Shown here piece by piece: positions 18,470 through 28,662 of a stretch of DNA of 64,000 nt (within the stretch, counting starts at the first letter, position 1; every line of letters begins with the position of its first letter). Made by a program: the position numbers and the translations under genes. The notes beneath the pieces were generated by a model that saw nothing but the letters and a program-made list of their open reading frames with translations, was not told the origin of the DNA and did not search any database. The stretch lies in IMG/VR virus record IMGVR_UViG_3300034198_008895, positions 99,395 through 163,394 of that record; one strand, written 5' to 3'. This stretch comes from a virus.

Positions 18470-20599
18470 ATGCTAGATATCTTCTATCGAGATAAATCTC
18501 AGTATCATAACCAGCTAAATCCAGTTCGAGGATATCTCGAACAACTGTCTAGTTATATTCAGATTAGTCGTAATGTTTCTAAAGAAGAAGCTGATATTAA
18601 AGCTCGTGAAGTTCTTAAGAAACATTTTAAAGATAAGAACGTTCGTTATTTTGAACGCCAAGAGAACGGTGATCGTGAAGTTAAAGACACTACGCTCTTA
18701 CAATATATCAATAATAATATCAAAGAAAAGAATGTGCTTGTACCAACATTTACAAGTTACATGAATGCTAATAAGAAAAAGAGTATGTTGTCTGAGTTTA
18801 TTTTCGTCAACGTTCGTCGTCGTAGTGTGGCTAAGAAAGCTGGTCAAAAGGCCAAGGCTGAAGGTAACTTAGAACTTGCTGATGCCAAGAATAACGAACA
18901 GAATATGATGAAGATTTATAATAACTCTTTATCAGGTGCTTTTGCGCAAGCTGCTTGTATTCTTCATAATCCAACAGCTCATTCGACGTTAACAAGCATC
19001 ACCCGAACAATCACAAGTCTGAGTAATGCGAGTAATGAAAAACTTATTGCTGGTAATCGATTCTATCCTCGTGGTACTGATGTTATTAATAATGTCATCT
19101 ATATTTCTACTTATGCTGACATTGAAGGCATTCGAAATGTTATTGAGACTTTTGGCTTACACATTCCAACAGTTGAAGAAACGGTTAGCGTCTTAAAATA
19201 TAGTTCTGATCTTTATTTTAGAGATGAAAAGTTTTATCAAACTAAGATAATACCTTATCTACAAAAATTATCTTGTTATCATTTAGCTGCTATTTGCTAT
19301 ATCGGTGATCTATATCATATCCGTAAGTTTAACGATGGATTTATGCGTACAGTTATCAATGAAATGATTCAACCTGTTACTGCTGAAGATACCGATGCAA
19401 GTGTTTGTAAAAATATTCACTCTATCAATGAAAACATTCTAAACTTTGTGCATCATATTTTCTATAGTCAAGCCAAAGGTCAAGGCAAAGACTATGATAA
19501 AATGTTTGCAAGTAAATCTGGTTTAGCTAGCAGTATTTATACAACATCTAAACATGTCGAAGATATTCTTATCAAGTATAAGAGTTTCTTTAACTGTTTC
19601 TTTATGACTGATATTCTTCCGGGTAATTCTTTCCGTTTGAAGAATATGCGTCGTCGTACAGTTGTTTTGAGTGATACCGACTCTACCTGCTTTACCTTGG
19701 ATGAATGGGTGAAGTGGTTGTATAATGGTGAATTTCGTATTGACGATAAGTCTATTGCTACGACAGGTGCAGTCGCATTTATGGCTGCGCAAGCTATTAT
19801 TAATCAGTTAGCTATTCTATCTAAGGGTATGAATATCTCTGATGATCATCTTAACACTTTAGCAATGAAGAATGAGTTCTTGTGGCTTGTTCATGTTCCT
19901 GCAGAAGTTAGTAAACATTATTTTGCTTATACTGTTATTCAGGAAGGTAACGTCTTTAAGGAACCTGATATTGAAGTTAAGGGTGTTCATTTAAAGAATA
20001 GTGCTGTTCCTAAGTTCGTTATTAGTGACGCTAAAGATATCATGAAATACATGTTATCTACGGTGGCTGGTAATGAAAAGATTAAATTTAACTATATCCT
20101 TGAACGCATTATTAATCTGGAAAATAATATTCGGGATAGTGTGTATAAAGGTGAACCTGTTTATCTTAAAAAGTCAAAGATCAAAAATCCAGAAGCTTAT
20201 GCATTGGAAGGAATCAAATCTCCCTATGCTCGACATTTGCTATGGAAACAAGTCTTTGCTCCTAAGTACGGTGATATCCAAGATCCGCCGTATGACGTTA
20301 TTAAGATTCCTACAACGATTACATCTAAACCAGCATTGAATGCTTGGATAGAGTCTATTGAAGATAAAGACTTAGCTGCACGTTTAGTTAAGTGGTTAGA
20401 AGAGAATTGTAAAAAAGATCTTCCAACAATTTATCTTAATAATACATACGTTATGGGTAGTGGTATTCCTGACGAAATTATGCGTATCATTGATATTAAA
20501 CGAATTATTCTAGATGTGACTATTCAACATAGAGTTATTCTTGAAACGTTGGGTGTTATGCTATATAGCGATAAGCTTGTTTCTGAACAATTTAACTAA
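18470..20599 (+). CDS. family-B DNA polymerase catalytic subunit (phiKZ gp50-like)
   Basis: motif B KIYNNSLSG, motif C LSDTDST, KHYFA and KGVHLK. Confidence 0.8.
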   Translation: MLDIFYRDKSQYHNQLNPVRGYLEQLSSYIQISRNVSKEEADIKAREVLKKHFKDKNVRYFERQENGDREVKDTTLLQYINNNIKEKNVLVPTFTSYMNANKKKSMLSEFIFVNVRRRSVAKKAGQKAKAEGNLELADAKNNEQNMMKIYNNSLSGAFAQAACILHNPTAHSTLTSITRTITSLSNASNEKLIAGNRFYPRGTDVINNVIYISTYADIEGIRNVIETFGLHIPTVEETVSVLKYSSDLYFRDEKFYQTKIIPYLQKLSCYHLAAICYIGDLYHIRKFNDGFMRTVINEMIQPVTAEDTDASVCKNIHSINENILNFVHHIFYSQAKGQGKDYDKMFASKSGLASSIYTTSKHVEDILIKYKSFFNCFFMTDILPGNSFRLKNMRRRTVVLSDTDSTCFTLDEWVKWLYNGEFRIDDKSIATTGAVAFMAAQAIINQLAILSKGMNISDDHLNTLAMKNEFLWLVHVPAEVSKHYFAYTVIQEGNVFKEPDIEVKGVHLKNSAVPKFVISDAKDIMKYMLSTVAGNEKIKFNYILERIINLENNIRDSVYKGEPVYLKKSKIKNPEAYALEGIKSPYARHLLWKQVFAPKYGDIQDPPYDVIKIPTTITSKPALNAWIESIEDKDLAARLVKWLEENCKKDLPTIYLNNTYVMGSGIPDEIMRIIDIKRIILDVTIQHRVILETLGVMLYSDKLVSEQFN

Positions 20600-20641
20600 A
20601 AAAAAAGACACTACCGCGAGGTGGTGTCTTTTTTATATTCC

Positions 20642-20965
20642 TTAATCATCAAGGAACTTGGTGTGTTCGTTGACAGCCTTTGCTATGGCTCTGTTTGTCT
20701 TACGCTTGTTAGCGAATGTCTTTACCATAACAAGCGTGTTGATAACAGGAAGCAGAAATACAACAATTGAACAAATCTCAATCGCTGCTTTCATCACAGA
20801 GACTTCGAAACGAAGTCCAGACTGTTGTTCAACTTTCTCAACCGCGTGTTCGGCAGCCGCCACCATTTTGTTATCCCATCGTCCGCGTATCACACTGGCG
20901 GTAAAACCGATGAAGAAGAACAGAACAGTAACACCATATACAACAAGAAAGATATCTTCAAACAT
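20642..20965 (-). CDS. two-TM membrane protein
   Basis: two hydrophobic segments; AAGGAG RBS; promoter motif at 20996. Confidence 0.6.
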   Translation of the reverse strand: MFEDIFLVVYGVTVLFFFIGFTASVIRGRWDNKMVAAAEHAVEKVEQQSGLRFEVSVMKAAIEICSIVVFLLPVINTLVMVKTFANKRKTNRAIAKAVNEHTKFLDD

Positions 20966-20992
20966 GTTTGACTCCTTATCGTTAAGATCTTT

Positions 20993-21022
20993 TATTATAT
21001 ATGTAATTAACTTCTGTTCAAA
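20993..21022 (-). promoter_or_regulatory. early-type phage promoter
   Basis: TATATATG at 20996-21003, TTCAAA at 21017-21022. Confidence 0.6.
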
Positions 21023-21060
21023 TTTACTATTAAAAAATTAATATAGTTAATATAATTATA

Positions 21061-21290
21061 TGGACAGAAATGTCGGTGTCTCTCTCTAGGTGCGGAAAAA
21101 CCGTTCTGGTAGATTTCGGAAGTTAGGCTGCGCGAAATGCCATATGCCAACACTCTGGGTGCATCCCAATAAAATCTACTATTTGCTTGCTTGTTTCGTC
21201 ATGGGAACTTGTGAGTTGTTGATCTCTAACCATCAGGTATGAGTGAAGCTATGAATCCCCAGGTGACTCACAAGGTCACCTGGGGAATTT
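21061..21290 (+). ncRNA. candidate structured non-coding RNA or 5' leader of sbcC
   Basis: ORF-free, visibly GC-richer than its flanks, several hairpins including GACA-GAAA-TGTC and a 12-bp terminal stem whose loop is complementary to 21208-21214; strand inferred from the GNRA loop. Confidence 0.4.
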
Positions 21291-21338
21291 ATATTTTATT
21301 TTCCTTAAAATTCTGTAGTTAATAAAAAGGAATAAGAA

Positions 21339-23744
21339 ATGAAGATCCTGTATCTCATTTTGAAGAACTTCAAACGCATGCCTCTAAGAGACATTGAAGT
21401 TTTTGAGCATCACTTTACTTCTAAGTTGTTAATGGTAACAGGTCCAAATGGTTGTGGTAAGTCATCTTTGTTTAATGAGCTTACACCATTGCCTTCTGAT
21501 AAGAATAATTTCAATAAGAATGGATACAAAGAAATTCATATTGAAAAAGACAGACAGCTGTATAAACTTATTTCTGACTTTACAGATGGAACTAAGTTTT
21601 ATTTTTATGTTGATGATGAGAACTTGAATGCTTCTCATAATGTCACAACACAACGAGAACTTGTCTTTAAGCATTTCGGAATAACACAGACTATCCATGA
21701 CATCCTAATCGGTGTCGAGAACTTTACGGAAATGTCTTTGCTTAACCGTAAGAAACTATTTAATTCAATTACGCATTTGAATATTGATGCGATTGTTGAT
21801 AACTATAACAAGTTGAAAGAAGAACACAAAAACAATGAGTTCCTTCTTAAGACTCAAGTATCTTTGTCTCAAGCTGAAGAACAGAAACTTATTAACAAAG
21901 ATCACCTGGATAATCTATTAGCTTCACAAAAACAGATTAAAGAGTATATCGATATTCTGCTGGAAATTCGTACAAACATTTATCGTTACAGAAGTGACGT
22001 AAGTGTTAATGAAGCAGCACAGAACTATCTAGATATCATTGAGAAGATTCAGGAAGTAACTCGGACGTATTACACTTATCTGACTTCGTATCCTGAAGAC
22101 GAACGTGCACAATTTAAAACTAAGTCGGAACTGGTTAACTATAAGCTCAATGAGTTTTATACGTTGCTAGAATCCAAACAAAAGGAAATTAACATTCTTA
22201 ATCTAAATAAACAGCATGACTTGCAAGCTGTTAAGATTGAGCTTGATGAACTTAAATATAATCGTGTTAAGTTATTGAACAGTTTATTTATGTTCAAGGT
22301 TTTGGATAGACCTATCGAGTACTTCCGTAATGATATCTTGAAACTCGAGGTATCTTTATTTGAAGTGATTAGAACGATTCCTTTAAATGAGAATAAGAAA
22401 TTCTCTAAAGAACGCTATGAAAATATATTAAATCGTAAACAAGAATGTTTGACTGAACTGAATAAAGCTATCACGAGAGAAGCAGAGGTTAATCGTGATA
22501 TTCAACATCTTGTTACTCATAAAGAAAATGTGATCTGTCCTAATTGTTCTCATGTATGGTCTCCGTTAGATACGGATGTCAATATGAAACAACTTAAGAT
22601 TGAACATAAACATCTTGTTGAAACTATTGCTAAGCTTCAAGCAGAACTTGTACAACTGGATAAAGAGTTGACAGAACTTCTTGAATACTTCGCACTGTAT
22701 AAACAATACTCCATTCTGCGTAATGCGACATATGACAATCTTAGACCTATGTGGAATTTGATTGATCAACGTGAATATATCTTTAAAGAACCGAATGCTA
22801 TCGGTGTTATGTTTAGAAATGCAACTATTGAAATTGAACAGTTAGCAACTGCTGAAGAAATGCGCAAACGTATCGAAGAGTTAACTAAGAATGTTGAAGT
22901 TCTTAGAGCAATGAAAGATACTAATGTTGAACATATTGAAAGTGTTATTGAAGAAATCAATGATGAGATCACTGGTCTTTTAGCTGAGAAGGATGAGTTA
23001 ACAGATCACATTCGTAACAACGAGATCTCTGTATCTGCTAGTAAGCTTTTAACTACTGCTAGAAGCATGCTAGAAAGCGCTACAAGCAGTTTACAAGATG
23101 CAAACATGTCGTTCACTACCGAAGAGGTTTTAAACGTCATAGAGAGCGAACTTAGCAAATATAAGGTTATTCTCATTGAAACTGAGCGTGAGATTAACAA
23201 CTATAATAATATCAAATATACAATTGAAAAGTATAAGAAAACGATTGATGACATTCAGTCGAATATTAAAGTTCTGGATATTATTCTAGACGAGCTTTCT
23301 CCGAAGAACGGTTTGATTGCAAAGTCTGTGAGTAGTTTCTTGAATATTATCATTGAGAATATCAATACGATCATTAATACTGTTTGGGATTACAAGATGA
23401 TCCTGAAAGCTATTAATGTGGAAAGTGAAGTATTAAATTATAAGTTTAAAGTTGAAGTTGAAGATAAAATCACGATTGAAGATATCGCCAAGGTATCGTC
23501 AGGAATGAAGGAAATCATCAATCTTAGCTTTAAGACTTTATTGTATAAACTATTGAAACTTGAACACTATCCTGTGTTCCTTGATGAGTTTGGAGTTAAA
23601 CTTGACAAGGTTCATAGAAGCAAGATTAGTGAACTAGTATTTAAAATGATGAATAGTAATTATTACAGCCAGATCTTTTTGATTACTCATATTGAAACAT
23701 CGTATGCGATCTTTAAAGATGTAGAAGTTCTTGAATTAGGATAA
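21339..23744 (+). CDS. sbcC: SbcC/Rad50-like SMC ATPase
   Basis: Walker A GPNGCGKSS, long coiled coils, CPNC zinc hook, SSG signature, Walker B FLDE, ITH switch. Confidence 0.9.
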   Translation: MKILYLILKNFKRMPLRDIEVFEHHFTSKLLMVTGPNGCGKSSLFNELTPLPSDKNNFNKNGYKEIHIEKDRQLYKLISDFTDGTKFYFYVDDENLNASHNVTTQRELVFKHFGITQTIHDILIGVENFTEMSLLNRKKLFNSITHLNIDAIVDNYNKLKEEHKNNEFLLKTQVSLSQAEEQKLINKDHLDNLLASQKQIKEYIDILLEIRTNIYRYRSDVSVNEAAQNYLDIIEKIQEVTRTYYTYLTSYPEDERAQFKTKSELVNYKLNEFYTLLESKQKEINILNLNKQHDLQAVKIELDELKYNRVKLLNSLFMFKVLDRPIEYFRNDILKLEVSLFEVIRTIPLNENKKFSKERYENILNRKQECLTELNKAITREAEVNRDIQHLVTHKENVICPNCSHVWSPLDTDVNMKQLKIEHKHLVETIAKLQAELVQLDKELTELLEYFALYKQYSILRNATYDNLRPMWNLIDQREYIFKEPNAIGVMFRNATIEIEQLATAEEMRKRIEELTKNVEVLRAMKDTNVEHIESVIEEINDEITGLLAEKDELTDHIRNNEISVSASKLLTTARSMLESATSSLQDANMSFTTEEVLNVIESELSKYKVILIETEREINNYNNIKYTIEKYKKTIDDIQSNIKVLDIILDELSPKNGLIAKSVSSFLNIIIENINTIINTVWDYKMILKAINVESEVLNYKFKVEVEDKITIEDIAKVSSGMKEIINLSFKTLLYKLLKLEHYPVFLDEFGVKLDKVHRSKISELVFKMMNSNYYSQIFLITHIETSYAIFKDVEVLELG

Positions 23745-23785
23745 CAAGATAAGACGAGGATTGCTCCTCGTCTTATCTTTATTAG

Positions 23786-26602
23786 TTAATACTTGATGTA
23801 ATGATAAATTCCATTAATGTCTGTAGATGACATATCTGGAAGTTTAAAGGTTGTCGTAGGATCGACAGCTTCTAATGGAAGAACAGTGCCATCATAATAC
23901 TGGCTGTAATCATTAGAACCTTCAGAAATAACAGCTGTAAACACAGTGGAGGTATGAGAACCAGAATTTACACCACCAAGCATATAAATACGATTATTTG
24001 TCGCAATTAAGGATGTTCCATAAAGATTAAATGGCAATGATGTTCCAGTTACCCAGCTACCTAAAGTGCCGTCTGGTAAAATAGGAGCATGATAGACATT
24101 GGCAAAACCTGAAGAACCATTATGGCCACCGATCATATAGACACGATTTTTACTAACAAAACCGCATGACCAATGGCTACCAGTTGGTAATGTTCCTGCT
24201 GATGACCAAACACCTAAAGAACCGTCAATATTTATTACAGCTGTATAAATAGTAGAGATAATTCCACCATTCCAGCCACCTAAGAGATAGACACGATTTT
24301 TAGTAACAACAGATATAGAATATCCGATTGTAACTGGTAAAGAATCACCAGTATTCCAAGAACCTAAAGTGCCGTCATTACCAATAGTTGTCCAATACAC
24401 TGTTGAAAGAGCACTAGTACCATTATTAGACCCACCTAAAACATATAAACGATTTCTAGTTACTATGATTTGTGAAACACAATTTGCGCCTGGCAATGAT
24501 GTTCCAGATGTCCAACTACCTAAAGTTCCATCGGCATTGATAGGTGCTGTATAGACATTAGCCGTATAGGCTGAACCATTATAACTACCAATTAAATAAA
24601 CACGGTTCTTGGTAACAACTGCCTGTGATCTAGATACAGGTGCCGGTAAGCTATTTGTTGTAACCCATGTACCCAAAGTACCGTCAGTATTGATAGGCGC
24701 TGTATAAACTGTAGAAATAACATTATTACCAATATCTCCACCTAAGAGATATACGCGGTTCTTGGTAACAACTGCTTGTGAAACACCAACAGAAGCTGGA
24801 AGAGCTGTTCCAGAAGCCCAGCCAGTAATATCAGTGGACTGTGAATTATTTATTTGATACTGTTGACGCCACGGTTGTCCAGAACCTGGCATTAAATAGT
24901 TATTTGTTGTGTCTTCGTAATAAACAGAATAATCATTCTTTCCGCCATTTACACTGACATAATAAACAGATTGTAAATAAACAACACCATTAGCGCCACC
25001 AATTAAATATACTTTGCTTTTAGTGGCAAAAATTTGTGACACATTAATTGTTGTTGGCAGAGCGCTAACTGTAGTCCATGTTCCAAGTGTTCCGTCTGGA
25101 TTTATGACACAAGCATAGACAGTTGATATGACTGTAGATCCGGAAGAATTACCACCAATCATATATAATGTATTTTTTGTAACAAATATTTGTTGATATT
25201 TTACAGGACCAGGCATAGAAATACTATAAGTACTCCATGTTCCAAGTGTTCCATCTGGATTAATAGGCGCTGTATAGATAGTGGACAACACTGTTCCGCC
25301 TGTTGTTTCACCACCAAATATATAAACTCTATTTTTAATAATAGCATGTTTAAAATAACAAACTTGAACTGGTAATGATGTGCCAGTTGACCATGCACCG
25401 ATAGTTCCATCTGCATTTAAAGTTGCTGTGTAAACTGAATTAAGATAACCAGTGTTATTATAGCCACCAAGAATATAAACACGATTCTTGGTAACAAAAA
25501 TTTGGTGTCCACTAATATTAACAGGTAATGTACCGTTATTTTCCCAAGTGCCAATGGTGCCGTCACTATTAATTACTGCAGAATAAATTGTATTTAAATG
25601 GCCGCTTAAACCATAACCACCAAGTAAATATACACGATTTTTGGTAATAATAGCTTGTGACACACCAATTGCTAAAGGAAAAGCTGTACCAGTAGACCAA
25701 GCACCTAAAGTACCATCAGAGTTAATCGGAGCAGTATAAACTGTAGAAGTGTAAGCTGAACCATTATAACCGCCTATTAAATATACGCGATTTTTAGTAA
25801 CTATTAAATTACTCCAGCCTGCATTGGAAGGCAAATTAGTTCCAGCTGTCCAAGAACCAAGATCACCTGTAGGAATGTTATTAAATTCATACTGTTGTTT
25901 CCAAGGTTCACCTGATCCAACTATATTGTAATTAGTGTTAGAATCACCGAGAATAGCATAAAGATCGGAATAAGTTGTTTTACTAACTTCAGCACCGTTA
26001 CACTTCAAGAAACCAGTAGGTGTAGTGGAATAAGCTTTGCGAACAATATCCCCTGTCTTAGCAGCGGACAAAGAGTTAGTCATTCCGTCAACATACTGTT
26101 TCGGAACCATATGTTCGCCAGATCCAGGATTACTGGAAAGAATAAGTTCTCCGGTCAACAAACCACCAGAAACACTGATAGCATCTGTTATTCCGTAACC
26201 AGCTAATGTCGTAGGTTTACCAGTTGTAATCTTATCAAAACTAATATTAGGAATGTCAGTATTACCAACACCAGTACCGTTGGTTACGCGACCTTTGGCA
26301 TCGACAACAACTTTACCATATTCACCAGCTGTAACACCGGTATTAGATAAGTTCATTGTGTTTTGACCAGCTTCACTAGTAACATCACCAGAGAAAGCTG
26401 GAAGTCGTGTAATAGGTAAAGTGCCGGCAACAATGTTACTAGCATTTAAAGCCTGAACACCGTTATCAATATAACGTTTTGTTGCAGCTTCTAACGGGAC
26501 CTGTGGGTCTCTTGATAACATCAAAGGACCTGATAGTGTGCCGCCACTAGCATCTAATCCGCCTTGTGACTGACCACCACTTCTAAGTGTATCAATTTTC
26601 AT
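23786..26602 (-). CDS. tail fibre / receptor-binding protein with collar domain and 12 Kelch-like repeats
   Basis: AATKRYID, VDAKGRVT, PTTLAGYGITDA fibre motifs; collar GFLKCNGAEVSKTTY..TTFKLPD; 12 repeats of TKNRVYLxGG..DGTLGxW. Confidence 0.8.
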   Translation of the reverse strand: MKIDTLRSGGQSQGGLDASGGTLSGPLMLSRDPQVPLEAATKRYIDNGVQALNASNIVAGTLPITRLPAFSGDVTSEAGQNTMNLSNTGVTAGEYGKVVVDAKGRVTNGTGVGNTDIPNISFDKITTGKPTTLAGYGITDAISVSGGLLTGELILSSNPGSGEHMVPKQYVDGMTNSLSAAKTGDIVRKAYSTTPTGFLKCNGAEVSKTTYSDLYAILGDSNTNYNIVGSGEPWKQQYEFNNIPTGDLGSWTAGTNLPSNAGWSNLIVTKNRVYLIGGYNGSAYTSTVYTAPINSDGTLGAWSTGTAFPLAIGVSQAIITKNRVYLLGGYGLSGHLNTIYSAVINSDGTIGTWENNGTLPVNISGHQIFVTKNRVYILGGYNNTGYLNSVYTATLNADGTIGAWSTGTSLPVQVCYFKHAIIKNRVYIFGGETTGGTVLSTIYTAPINPDGTLGTWSTYSISMPGPVKYQQIFVTKNTLYMIGGNSSGSTVISTVYACVINPDGTLGTWTTVSALPTTINVSQIFATKSKVYLIGGANGVVYLQSVYYVSVNGGKNDYSVYYEDTTNNYLMPGSGQPWRQQYQINNSQSTDITGWASGTALPASVGVSQAVVTKNRVYLLGGDIGNNVISTVYTAPINTDGTLGTWVTTNSLPAPVSRSQAVVTKNRVYLIGSYNGSAYTANVYTAPINADGTLGSWTSGTSLPGANCVSQIIVTRNRLYVLGGSNNGTSALSTVYWTTIGNDGTLGSWNTGDSLPVTIGYSISVVTKNRVYLLGGWNGGIISTIYTAVINIDGSLGVWSSAGTLPTGSHWSCGFVSKNRVYMIGGHNGSSGFANVYHAPILPDGTLGSWVTGTSLPFNLYGTSLIATNNRIYMLGGVNSGSHTSTVFTAVISEGSNDYSQYYDGTVLPLEAVDPTTTFKLPDMSSTDINGIYHYIKY

Positions 26603-26633
26603 TTAAAGACTCCTTACTGAAGATGTTGTGTTA

Positions 26634-27419
26634 TTACCAAGAAGCTAATTTATTAGCTTTAGCCTTATACTCAAGACCTTTGAGAATATCGGCGTACAGT
26701 GTTCTGCTATCTTCAGTAGCGAAGTTAGTTGACATATTATTTTGCAGAACTTTCTTGAGGATTGTACGATCCACGACTGAATCTGTCAATTCGGTAATAA
26801 TCATACTTTCTGTTGCGAGCTTTTCCAAACCAGGAGTATGAGCTTTACAAGCAACATTAATACCAGGTTCAATCACATGGTCCCATGTAATGATATTGGT
26901 CAGAATACGTTCAACACGACCATTTCTATGTTTGTTTTCTGTCAAACCACGAATAGAGAATGCAGCATTCTGTTTCGGATTTTCCAGAGCAATCTGAAGG
27001 GCATTAGCCTTAGAACCGGCAGGTTTAACCTTGCCGATAATAGCAATCATTTCTGGGTTGTTAAACTGAGGATTATTCTTACCATAGTTAAAGTCAAGAC
27101 TCAACTCAGCAATATGACCACAAACATTGCCTTCATCAATCGTAATGATACGTTGATAAAACTGTTCCATCGTCATCGCCGGTTGTTTCTTCGGATGACC
27201 AAGCTCAGCATACAACGAACCATTCTTAATACGACGCATTAAGTGTGATGAATTTTCGAACAACTGAAGAGCACCTTCAGCGGTATAGAACTCACCAGCA
27301 CTGTTATATGTGTTCAGAGCACCGAGCACCATGGTGTAATAACCATCAGCATCAGGCTTCAGGATACCGCTCTTATCGTTACTAGAAAAGATGGTTTCCG
27401 TAAATTTTACGACATCCAT
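26634..27419 (-). CDS. prohead maturation protease (phiKZ gp175 / T4 gp21-like)
   Basis: ELGHP (catalytic His), FSIRG (catalytic Ser), TWDHVIEPG (Asp). Confidence 0.85.
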   Translation of the reverse strand: MDVVKFTETIFSSNDKSGILKPDADGYYTMVLGALNTYNSAGEFYTAEGALQLFENSSHLMRRIKNGSLYAELGHPKKQPAMTMEQFYQRIITIDEGNVCGHIAELSLDFNYGKNNPQFNNPEMIAIIGKVKPAGSKANALQIALENPKQNAAFSIRGLTENKHRNGRVERILTNIITWDHVIEPGINVACKAHTPGLEKLATESMIITELTDSVVDRTILKKVLQNNMSTNFATEDSRTLYADILKGLEYKAKANKLASW

Positions 27420-27506
27420 TTTATCACCTTATACTTAAAAAAGTCTGAGAATTAAGATCAAAAGATAAAGAATCACCAGAGGGAGCTACCCTCTGGTGAT
27501 ATCTTA

Positions 27507-27674
27507 TTAACCTTGATTTAACTCAAACATAACAGAATCAATTCCGTATGTTGTAGCCTCCATGATAGAGGTAATAATTTCTCTTGGTGTCTTACCTTTT
27601 TCAAGTTCGGACTTTGCTAAAGCCTTGATAGCTTCAACAACTTCATCTTTTTCAAAATTACCAAAGGCTGACAT
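27507..27674 (-). CDS. small hypothetical protein (55 aa; not in the ORF track)
   Basis: MSAFGNFEKDEVVEAIKALAKSELEKGKTPREIITSIMEATTYGIDSVMFELNQG, AGGAG RBS. Confidence 0.55.
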   Translation of the reverse strand: MSAFGNFEKDEVVEAIKALAKSELEKGKTPREIITSIMEATTYGIDSVMFELNQG

Positions 27675-27683
27675 TTATATCTC

Positions 27684-27938
27684 CTAATTCATGGCTTGAG
27701 AGATGTAGACCATCGATAAACAATTCTTGACCAATTGTAGCAAATCCTTACCACAATTATCGAACTTATATTCTCTTGTTTTTACCCTAGGAATATATTC
27801 ACAGTTCCATACCCCACCACTACAATGCAGAGTAATTTCACCATACATCTTTAATTCTTCTAGAATATCTTCAAGAGTTCTATTCTCGACGTGTTCTTTT
27901 ATCAGATTGCCTGCATCATAATGAGACAGTCTTCCCAT
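27684..27938 (-). CDS. hypothetical protein, paralog of 28241..28600
   Basis: RTLEDILEELKMYG..W.C. Confidence 0.55.
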   Translation of the reverse strand: MGRLSHYDAGNLIKEHVENRTLEDILEELKMYGEITLHCSGGVWNCEYIPRVKTREYKFDNCGKDLLQLVKNCLSMVYISQAMN

Positions 27939-27941
27939 TGT

Positions 27942-28244
27942 TTATTTTCTATTTTTCTTTTTGGACTTTTCAGCGATCTTTTTACGCTTCTTGTCTTTAG
28001 CTTTTTGTTCAGCTGATTTTGTATACTCTTTCTTATTACGAATAGACTCTTCTAAACGAGCAAGTTGTTCTTTACGTTTCTGATTTTCTTCAGGAGACAG
28101 ATTAGGATCATCCTTATAATTGTTCATTGACTGCATATGACGAACATCACGCATGTTGCGCGGAAGATGATCAGGAAGAGGCTCTTCACCAAAGTGAATA
28201 AACTTCTTCAGATCGCAATCAGGATTAGGAGGTTGAATGTTCAT
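27942..28244 (-). CDS. basic hypothetical protein
   Basis: 100 aa, Lys-rich C-terminus. Confidence 0.55.
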   Translation of the reverse strand: MNIQPPNPDCDLKKFIHFGEEPLPDHLPRNMRDVRHMQSMNNYKDDPNLSPEENQKRKEQLARLEESIRNKKEYTKSAEQKAKDKKRKKIAEKSKKKNRK

Positions 28245-28600
28245 TTTGCATTCCTTGTTTGGTTAATTTGTTCAATAGTGTCATGAAGTCTAATCATACA
28301 CTCAATAACAGCTTTCTTATGTGTTTGGTTTTTGAATTCAGAAGCAACTTCCAATTTAGCACCAATCACATTAACATAGAAATCTAAACTACAGTACCAG
28401 CCATTACCCATCCAGCTAAGCCTGTGTTGACCATACTTAACAAGTTCTTCCAATAGATCTTCCAGACTACGATATTCATAATCTCTATATCTAGGATCAT
28501 CCTCTACATCATTTTTAAGTTTAGGTACTTTGATCTTATCCTTACCTGAAAATAATGCTGTTACCGATGAAACCATAACTATTCCTCGATAAATATTCAC
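28241..28600 (-). CDS. hypothetical protein, paralog of 27684..27938
   Basis: RSLEDLLEELVKYG..W.C; true start may be the ATG ~28576. Confidence 0.55.
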   Translation of the reverse strand: MNIYRGIVMVSSVTALFSGKDKIKVPKLKNDVEDDPRYRDYEYRSLEDLLEELVKYGQHRLSWMGNGWYCSLDFYVNVIGAKLEVASEFKNQTHKKAVIECMIRLHDTIEQINQTRNAK

Positions 28601-28662
28601 TCAATATCAAAAAAAGTAAAAAACTACTAGAGGGATTTCTCCCTCTAGTAGTCTTATATGGA

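Noticed and set aside
23900-25900. ~153-nt periodic DNA repeats in the tail fibre as a non-coding array or DGR template
   Set aside because: Fully explained by in-frame Kelch-like protein repeats with synonymous divergence; no reverse transcriptase or adenine-specific TR/VR pair seen
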